Shown one piece after another: positions 50,670 through 58,100 of a DNA stretch of 64,000 nucleotides (within the stretch, counting starts at the first letter, position 1; each line of letters begins with the position of its first letter). Under the pieces are notes generated by a model that saw nothing but the letters and a program-made list of their open reading frames with translations, ran no database searches and was not told the origin of the DNA. The position numbers were made by a program, and so were the translations under genes. Origin of the DNA: a virus; IMG/VR virus record IMGVR_UViG_3300045988_171958, positions 32,001 through 96,000 of that record; one strand, 5' to 3'.

Positions 50670-50682
50670 ATTTTTCTATATT
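50658..50682 (+). promoter_or_regulatory. promoter-like element upstream of the tRNA-like gene
   Basis: TTCTATATT at 50674-50682 is followed by ATTAATGTT. The -35 region is degenerate (TGAATT / TTTGATTT). Confidence 0.45.
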
Positions 50683-50706
50683 ATTAATGTTAAAACAATT
50701 AAACTT

Positions 50707-50775
50707 GGGCCATTACGGATTTGACAATCGATACTAAACTTCGGTTGGACGTGAGTTCGAATCTCACATGGTCCA
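50707..50775 (+). tRNA. non-canonical tRNA-like gene (short D region, 9-nt anticodon loop; identity unresolved)
   Basis: Acceptor stem GGGCCAT / ATGGTCC has 7 bp with one G.U pair. The T arm is canonical: GTGAG-TTCGAAT-CTCAC. The central stem ATCGA/TCGGT closes the loop TACTAAACT. Only 69 nt before the discriminator, and no encoded CCA. Confidence 0.55.
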
Positions 50776-50794
50776 CTAAACTTGAAAGAAGACT

Positions 50795-51688
50795 ATGGAA
50801 ATTTTAGACAAGAAATTTAGTAAGTACAAAGTATTTTTTGCAGAGAAAGGTATTACATCTACTTCTGCTAATCATGTTTCTAATAAAGGTAAAGAGTTGT
50901 TGAAGTCAGAACAGGCAATTCTTGACAATATCAATTTTGTCAATACTACTGCTTCATTGCTTTCTGGTGGTGAATCTAGAACTATTACCAAAGGTATGAG
51001 TGCAGATTCTTTTGAATCTATGCATAAGACTATTGCAAAGATTGCAAATCTGAATGCTATGAGTGCATGGATTCATGAAGCAATCAAAGCAAAGACAGAG
51101 ATTCTTGAGTATGTTCAGTCACTTAGTATTGACAACTGGGCTAAAGAACAGAATATTGAACTTCCAAATGCCGCATGTAAGGAATTTCCAATTACTGAAT
51201 CTGATGTAATTGGTACATGGGATGTTGCTAAAAGAAATAAGTATTATGTATATGAATCTTATTGTTCTCTTGTTGGTAAGTTCATTCATCCTAAAGGAGC
51301 ATTTTATGAAGCTAAAGCACAGATGAATAATGCTGTACAGAATCCAAACAAGGTAGAAGGTTCTGGTCGTGATGCAATCATTTATTCTTATGAACCGTCT
51401 ATGCCAATATCTGATGTAAATGTAGAATATAATTGGTTGTCTACTGAACTCCGACATAAAGAAGCAGAATTCAATAAGATGAAGCAAGAAATTGTAGATG
51501 CTATTACAGAAGATAAGCTTGCTAAGGCACAGAAGTTCAATGATGCATATGCAAAATATATTGATACAATGGAAAGTATCAGAAATAAGTTTGACATGTG
51601 GAAAACTAAGGCTGTAAAGGAAGTTAGTGCATTGAAGATTTATCTTCCACAAGGACCTAAGCAGACTTATGATGAAATCAACAAATAA
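50795..51688 (+). CDS. hypothetical protein
   Basis: 297-aa ORF. The long antisense ORF 51119-51718 is Ile/Phe/Cys-rich and low-complexity. Confidence 0.75.
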   Translation: MEILDKKFSKYKVFFAEKGITSTSANHVSNKGKELLKSEQAILDNINFVNTTASLLSGGESRTITKGMSADSFESMHKTIAKIANLNAMSAWIHEAIKAKTEILEYVQSLSIDNWAKEQNIELPNAACKEFPITESDVIGTWDVAKRNKYYVYESYCSLVGKFIHPKGAFYEAKAQMNNAVQNPNKVEGSGRDAIIYSYEPSMPISDVNVEYNWLSTELRHKEAEFNKMKQEIVDAITEDKLAKAQKFNDAYAKYIDTMESIRNKFDMWKTKAVKEVSALKIYLPQGPKQTYDEINK

Positions 51689-51744
51689 AATTAAAATATT
51701 GACATAGTAGATTTGCAAGTCCGGTTTAAGATAAGCAAGTCAAA

Positions 51745-51984
51745 TGACATCAGTTATGTGATTACTTCTGAATATATATCTATCTTAGTAACATAGGTGA
51801 AAGCCAAAATCTATATTGGTTTTGACTCTGATAATGAAACTGAGTATCAAGGGATCAAATAAATTTTTTGACCATACAATGTGTAAGCGTACACGCTATG
51901 TTGTTATGGTGTTCTAGTTCATGATCTTGCGCCTTGATACGTTCTTGCTATAGTTCTGGATATTATTGTCATGAACTGATGTCA
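51745..51984 (+). ncRNA. candidate structured RNA (~240 nt) in a 384-nt non-coding gap
   Basis: Nested helices: TGACATCAGTT (51745-51755) / AACTGATGTCA (51974-51984); GTATCAAGG (51844-51852) / CCTTGATAC (51932-51940), extended by GATCA / TGATC; ACCATACAATGT (51871-51882) / ATGTTGTTATGGT (51898-51910). The region is locally GC-richer than its surroundings and has no ORF. Confidence 0.45.
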
Positions 51985-51989
51985 ACGGA

Positions 51990-52044
51990 AAGGTTAAGAA
52001 ATAGTAGAAAATATTTAAATATGTTTTTGAAATTTCTTAACCTT
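51990..52044 (+). terminator. 13-bp hairpin enclosing a -35 box
   Basis: AAGGTTAAGAAAT (51990-52002) / ATTTCTTAACCTT (52032-52044) followed by TTT. Confidence 0.6.
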
Positions 52045-52054
52045 TTTCTATATT
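52026..52054 (+). promoter_or_regulatory. promoter (TTTGAAAT-N12-TTCTATATT)
   Basis: Exact consensus. The spacer is the 3' arm of the preceding hairpin, and TATTATGTA follows. Confidence 0.6.
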
Positions 52055-52072
52055 TATTATGTATTAAAATTA

Positions 52073-52381
52073 ATGATTAAGATTATGATAAAGAACAATT
52101 ATTCAAAAGCATATACATATACGATTATTGTGAACATCATATTTGCAAATGGTGTTAAAGAAAAGCTTTGTCGATACACTTGCGACATCAATTTGAATCC
52201 AATTAATAAGATTATGGACAAGTTGAATGCTACATTGATTGATAAAGATGGTACTCCAACGTTAGAATTTGCTAATTGGATTATTGAGAATCATCCAGAA
52301 TTCAAGATAAGTGATATTCTTGATAAGGATACTAGAATATATTTTGAATTTGTTGATTCACTTCCTGCAATTAACATTTAG
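52073..52381 (+). CDS. small hypothetical protein (tandem paralogue family, member 1)
   Basis: 102 aa with ..IDKDGTPTLEFANWIIEN.. and C-terminal ..RIYFEFVDSLPAINI. Confidence 0.6.
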   Translation: MIKIMIKNNYSKAYTYTIIVNIIFANGVKEKLCRYTCDINLNPINKIMDKLNATLIDKDGTPTLEFANWIIENHPEFKISDILDKDTRIYFEFVDSLPAINI

Positions 52382-52408
52382 AATGTAGAATATTTAATAA
52401 AATATATT

Positions 52409-52750
52409 ATGATTAAAGATTTTGATAAGAATAAAGTAGAAGTGATGGATTATGGTTCAAATGGTCATTATCCTATTCCATTAGAAAAAGATATTGTTAT
52501 TGTACAGGTATCAGTTCCGTGTTATGAGGTAGGTGATGAAGTTTGTACATATTTGTTTCAGATACTTGTATTGAAGGATGATACTTCTTGGAAATCTGAT
52601 TATGCTAATTCAGATGGTACACCAACCGAATATACAAGAGAAGTTATCAATCAGATTTCTGGAACAGAATATGATAAAGAAGTATATGACAAGACAGAAG
52701 TGGCATTTACATATTTGGAAGATATTCCTAATGTTAAATATTGTAAATAA
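52409..52750 (+). CDS. small hypothetical protein (tandem paralogue family, member 2)
   Basis: 113 aa with ..ANSDGTPTEYTREVINQ.. and C-terminal ..EVAFTYLEDIPNVKY. Confidence 0.6.
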   Translation: MIKDFDKNKVEVMDYGSNGHYPIPLEKDIVIVQVSVPCYEVGDEVCTYLFQILVLKDDTSWKSDYANSDGTPTEYTREVINQISGTEYDKEVYDKTEVAFTYLEDIPNVKYCK

Positions 52751-52758
52751 GATAGATC

Positions 52759-53013
52759 ATGAGAAAGTTTGTAGTAAGTACAATAATTAATTGTAATCTA
52801 TATCCAGTAATGAATGTGGTAATGGCTGATGATATTCATAAGATTATGGATGATGATAGCCATCCAACAGAAAAGATGATAGAAATTCTTACAAACAAGA
52901 GCCCTTATCTTGCATCTTATATTAAAAGATATAAACCACAAAGAAAAGATATTTATTGCAATTATATTTGCATCGATGATGATTTGATACCATCACCTTG
53001 TAAAATTGACTAA
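52759..53013 (+). CDS. small hypothetical protein (tandem paralogue family, member 3, more diverged)
   Basis: 84 aa with ..DDDSHPTEKMIEILTNK.. and C-terminal ..DIYCNYICIDDDLIPSP. Confidence 0.55.
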   Translation: MRKFVVSTIINCNLYPVMNVVMADDIHKIMDDDSHPTEKMIEILTNKSPYLASYIKRYKPQRKDIYCNYICIDDDLIPSPCKID

Positions 53014-53710
53014 AATGGAAACTAAGAAATATAAAATTTGGAGATTTGCATATACTAGTTGTGTTGATGAATTGATATTGCCAGCTGATATGAAACTTCA
53101 TCAGTTGCATAAGCCATTTGATGTATGTAACATATTTTATTATGCTAAAGAAATTGATAGAGAGGTAGTCAATTATTCATACGTTGGTACTATGCCATAT
53201 TCAAAAGAAGCTTGGAAGATTCTTCATGACAACAAACAAACTTTGAATATCAAATGTTATAATATATTTGATAATGATATTGTTGTTCATGTAGATCAAA
53301 TTTATCCATTGACTGATGATTTTCCAGTGACTGATGAATATCCCCATATAGGTGTTTCATATTTCGAAGAAAGAAATTATGCGGATGGAGATATTTATGA
53401 TTACATCAAATTTCATGATAAGAATAAGGAAAAGCCTAATTATGAAAAATTAGCAGAAGATTTTTTCTATCCGGTAACAAAATACGTCAAGATTCAAGGT
53501 ATCGATGAGAAATTTCCACTTATGTTGGATGTTTATGAAGTAATATTGACAACTAAATTGGATGATGTTCCCTTTGAAGGATTGATACATACAAGTAAGA
53601 ATGTTGATAATGTATTGCCATCCGAATATAATTCAAGAGTAAAAGGAAAAAAGATAACTCAAGCACAATATAATTTTGCTTGTGCTAATCAAATAGGTTT
53701 AATAGGTTAA
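53006..53710 (+). CDS. hypothetical protein
   Basis: 234-aa ORF that overlaps the previous stop by 8 nt. Confidence 0.7.
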   Translation: MTKMETKKYKIWRFAYTSCVDELILPADMKLHQLHKPFDVCNIFYYAKEIDREVVNYSYVGTMPYSKEAWKILHDNKQTLNIKCYNIFDNDIVVHVDQIYPLTDDFPVTDEYPHIGVSYFEERNYADGDIYDYIKFHDKNKEKPNYEKLAEDFFYPVTKYVKIQGIDEKFPLMLDVYEVILTTKLDDVPFEGLIHTSKNVDNVLPSEYNSRVKGKKITQAQYNFACANQIGLIG

Positions 53711-53733
53711 TAATGCTTATAAGTGGATAAAAC

Positions 53734-53952
53734 ATGGGAGAAAATAAAAATATTGGAATTTGGTTTGCGGTAAATAAAGACAATAAATTATTTCTTTTTA
53801 CATCAGAACCAAAACGAGTAGGTGATGGATGGTTTGGTGATTTCTTTTTGAATAGCTTGATTCATAATAACATTGAAACAATGTTAAAAGGAAGCAAGTA
53901 TTCATTTAATGATGAACCCCAATATCTAGAATTTAAATTAACAGTACAATAA
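53734..53952 (+). CDS. small hypothetical protein
   Basis: 72-aa ORF. Confidence 0.55.
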   Translation: MGENKNIGIWFAVNKDNKLFLFTSEPKRVGDGWFGDFFLNSLIHNNIETMLKGSKYSFNDEPQYLEFKLTVQ

Positions 53953-53953
53953 A

Positions 53954-54268
53954 ATGGGTAAATTAATAGATGTAAGTGTAAAATATTTTGGGCGTACTTT
54001 AGGATCATCATTAGAATCCGTTAAGAGGGCTAGTGAGTTTTATAAGAATGATCCTGGTACAATTGATGATCCTAATTCATTAGATGAATTGTGGAAAATG
54101 GTAGAAGAATGCGAAGACACCAAAGAAGCGGCGGATAAGTTATTGGAAGATATGAATGATTGGTATGACAAGCATCTCATTGATTTCAGATCTATGCTTG
54201 GTTTCTCATTGCAACCATTATGGGGTTCAGTAGGTCTAACATTATCAACATTAATGGAAAAGAAATAA
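53954..54268 (+). CDS. hypothetical protein
   Basis: 104-aa ORF, tightly packed against its neighbours. Confidence 0.6.
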   Translation: MGKLIDVSVKYFGRTLGSSLESVKRASEFYKNDPGTIDDPNSLDELWKMVEECEDTKEAADKLLEDMNDWYDKHLIDFRSMLGFSLQPLWGSVGLTLSTLMEKK

Positions 54269-54269
54269 C

Positions 54270-55097
54270 ATGAAAGTACAAAAGACAAAACGATTGGTTG
54301 TAGGTGATATTCATGGTAATTATGATAAGTTCAATACTATTTATAATTTGGAAAAACCAGAAGACCCAAATACTACATTGTATGAAGTAATTACTTTAGG
54401 TGACTATTTTGATACCTATGAAGATATCACACCAGAGCAGCAATTAGAAGGTTTTAAGAATTTGTTAGCATTGCAGAAGAAACATAATAAAGAAGAAGGT
54501 TTGTTCTATATGCTTATTGGTAATCATGACTTTCATTATCTTATTGATGGTAGTGACAAATATAGTGGTTATAACCAAGTAACACAGTTGCTTGCTGGAC
54601 AGTTATTGAAGGATTGTGTCAAATCTAGAAAACTTAGATTTTCTTTTGTTGATATGACAAATAGAATCATCTATAGCCATGCTGGTGTAACAAACAAATG
54701 GATTCATGAACGTCATAAGGTAAGTATTCCTATTAATATGATTAATATTGATAGTTTTGACAACTTCAAGTTTACTTACGGTTCACATTTTGATCCTTAT
54801 GGAAATGATCCATTGAATGGCCCACTTTGGGTAAGACCAGAAGCATTGTTATCTGATATGTATGAAGATTACGACCATGAAGCACAATATATGCGTACTT
54901 GGACTCAGATTGTAGGACATACTAAATGTAAGGAACCTATTATTGCTCATGAAGATGGTTCAAAATGGAAACCATCAGAAGATTGGTTCACAGCTAAATT
55001 CTATGATATTGATTGTCTTGAAAATGGATATTATATTGTAGAATGGTTAGATGAAGAAGGTTATATTACAGATAGAGAAGTTAAGAAATTGAAATAA
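54270..55097 (+). CDS. calcineurin-like metallophosphoesterase (lambda PPase / ApaH-like)
   Basis: Motif I is VVGDIHGNYDKF, motif II is LGDYFDT, motif III is GNHDF, and SHAG and VGHT follow downstream. Confidence 0.8.
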   Translation: MKVQKTKRLVVGDIHGNYDKFNTIYNLEKPEDPNTTLYEVITLGDYFDTYEDITPEQQLEGFKNLLALQKKHNKEEGLFYMLIGNHDFHYLIDGSDKYSGYNQVTQLLAGQLLKDCVKSRKLRFSFVDMTNRIIYSHAGVTNKWIHERHKVSIPINMINIDSFDNFKFTYGSHFDPYGNDPLNGPLWVRPEALLSDMYEDYDHEAQYMRTWTQIVGHTKCKEPIIAHEDGSKWKPSEDWFTAKFYDIDCLENGYYIVEWLDEEGYITDREVKKLK

Positions 55098-55099
55098 AA

Positions 55100-55128
55100 A
55101 TGAGCAGAACTTAAGTTCTGCTCATTTC
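55100..55128. terminator. bidirectional terminator between convergent genes
   Basis: ATGAGCAGAAC / GTTCTGCTCAT stem flanked by AAAAA and TTT. Confidence 0.75.
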
Positions 55129-55149
55129 AGGGTATATAGAATAAAATAA

Positions 55150-58100
55150 TTATTGATTATAATAAGATTTACCATAACAATATAAGTTAACTGTATGACT
55201 AGTAGAAGCATCAGTACCAATATGTATATTCTTTGGAATCTTATCAATAGGACATACAAATGTATATTCATAAGATGAAGTACCAAGTGTAGAAGCATCA
55301 GTACCTTGTACTGCAGTTAATGTATGTTTGGTTGCATTTAATGTATAATTATAAGTTTTGGTCCAATCCTTTGTTGATGTACCAGAAGTAGCAGTAACTT
55401 TATAATCAGAAATAGAAGCTGTAGTATCATAGGTTTGTGGATCAAATGCAGTTATTGTCTTATCATCACTACATGTTAAAGTACCAGTAAAATCAACTGT
55501 TGCTCCATAATTTTTAAGGGTAAATGTACAACTAGCAGTTGATCCTCCATAAGAGATAGTACATGTAACATCAGTAGTATTACCGTCAGTTGCATTTTTA
55601 CCAGCAGATACTGTAACTTTATTTGTACTTGTTGTACTATTACCATAATCCCAATTATATGTTACACCTGGATCATCAATTACAATAAAATCACCAAAAT
55701 TAACACCATCAGTTGAAGTGGCCATTTCACAAACAATATGTACACTTAAATCAAATGTTGAAGCATTTGTATCAAAGTATGTATGTTCAATAGTTTGTGT
55801 TGTATTTGTTTCATTAACATTTGTACCACAATAAACATAAAGATTATATATAGCAGTCATAGATGTTACTTCAAATGTCCACTCATAATCTTTTAATTCA
55901 TATTTTTTATTTATTTCATGGTTTTCTATTGTAGTAGATATATCTACACTATCTAATTTAAACGTTCTAATACCAATTACATCAGGAGTGGTTGTAACTT
56001 CTATTGTTTTAGTAGTTTTATCATACTTTTTACCATCACATAACCAATTGTATTTTATTATTGCATTTGAAGGTAAATTTTCAATAAAAGAAGGCCCTAT
56101 AAATACTTTAGTATTATTCTGTACTGGTTTACCATTTTTCTTGCTTAATTTAATTATTGCTGAAAAAGGACTAACAACCTTTATTCCGGTACGATCTTCA
56201 GTAGCACCTATTGTACATTTTATAGGTTTACTTATACTAGTAACACTTTTACATTTATCATAATTTGTACTATCAGTTTTAAAATTATCTTCATGGACAT
56301 TAATAGTTGTATTCTCATACTTTTTAATTCTAGTAAACTTTGTGATATATGCTGATTGTATTTTTGCTCCTTCAGAAGATATAGATTTATCAATAACTAG
56401 GTTTGCACAATTAAATGTTTTGGTTATTTCAAATTCTGCTGATTGTGTACCTTTACCATTCGGTGTTCCTTGTTGCACTACAGGTGCACTAGCAGTATTT
56501 TTATTGTAAGTGTATTCTAATTTTATAGTTCCTAATGGTCTTTCTTTAATACCTGTACTTACTCCTCCTGTTACTGTATAGAATTCTAATTTCTTAGAAT
56601 AATTAGTAGTATCATTAGACTTATCATCTATTTCTTTTAATAATTTAACCAATTTATTACCAGTCCAATTATTCACACCAGGTGTTATAATTGAACCAGA
56701 TTCACCTTCATTCTTATCATAAATTAAATGACAAATTTTGCTCTTTATAGTTTTAGAATCTAGATATACTTTTGTTTCATCAATTCCTTCAGAAGGTTCA
56801 AAAGACCAACTATAATAATTATCAACATCAAGTTTTCCAGCTGGTATTTTAAAATATGTATAAGTTAAAGATGTTGAAGGTTTTGTCAAGTCCGGAGTTG
56901 AAACTTTAGGATCAAATCTAGTAGATGCAGCATTGGTATAAGGGGTATCTTCAATGGGAATATTCCATTTTGTATCAACATTAATCTTAAAGAATGTGTC
57001 CTTTCCTGGTTCATACTTAGGTTCATCCGAAGCTGATATTGGTTCATTACCTCCAGAAGCACTTACCATTATCTTATCATCTATAGTATTTAATGTTATA
57101 TTATCCCATGTTAAAACACCATTATCTAAAGTAACTTTTCCTATAAGAATACCTGTTTTAATAGATGTATTACCCGATTTACAATCATTTATATCTATAA
57201 GTTCATCATATAAATTTAATGTACCATTTCCATTATCTATAATACTATTAAGTTTCTCTGATGTAAATTTTATAGTACCTGGCAAAGTTTTAGGATATAA
57301 AGGAGTTTTGTTACTTAATTTAGCAGGTATCATCGTAATAAATACATTATAATCATTTACTAAAGAAAGATCATCCACGGTATTTAAATATGTTTGCCCA
57401 TAATGTTTAAGAGTAAATGTACAAGTTGAATGATATGTTTCTTTATAAGTTGCTGTACATGTAACTATTTTATCTTTAGAATTATTATACCCTTTACCTG
57501 GTTCTAAATCAACTTTTGTATTATTTCCATTTGCTTCTGTTATAATATTGCCATTATCTTTCCATGAATATGTTACTTTAGGGTCATCAATTTCTATCCA
57601 ATTATTATAATCACTACCATTTTCTGTTGTTCTATACCAACATCTAACATATACATTTAAATTAAATGTTGATGCATTTTCAGCCCAATATAAGTGCTCA
57701 ATTGTTTCTGCTTGTGTTTGTGTTTTGGTAGAATATATAACAACACTATATTGATAACCAGTACCCGTAGTAACTACAAATTTCCATTCATATCCTAACT
57801 GGTATCTTGTAATGAATGTTTGTCCTGAAATTTCTGGATATGTAGAATTATTTTCATATTCATCTGTAACAGTACATTCATCTAATGCAAATGTTCTAGT
57901 ACCTGTTGTTGAAGGTGTAGTTGTAACTTCTATTGTGTTAGTGGTTTCACCATAAGATTCACCATCTAATTTCCAAATATATTTAATTGTTCGTTTTTTA
58001 GGTTTAACCATTTTATTACTTGCTGGACCAACAACAGTCTTACTACTATTAGAAGATATTCCATTCATCTTTAATCTATCAATTATGGCAGAAGGAATAG

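Noticed and set aside
50700-50784. The 8-nt direct repeat TAAACTTG flanking the tRNA-like gene as an attachment site or target-site duplication of an integrated element
   Set aside because: An 8-mer of A/T-rich sequence recurring within 80 nt can arise by chance in this composition, and no integrase or transposase is nearby. It is mentioned under the tRNA finding only.
51119-51718. 199-aa minus-strand ORF antisense to 50795-51688. Similar antisense ORFs occur elsewhere, e.g. 47373-48247 inside dnaK, 10761-12327, 13430-15302, 38096-38806, and 55988-62196 inside the giant gene.
   Set aside because: All lie wholly within longer ORFs that have recognisable or compositionally normal products. Their translations are dominated by I, F, L, C and S runs typical of AT-rich antisense frames.
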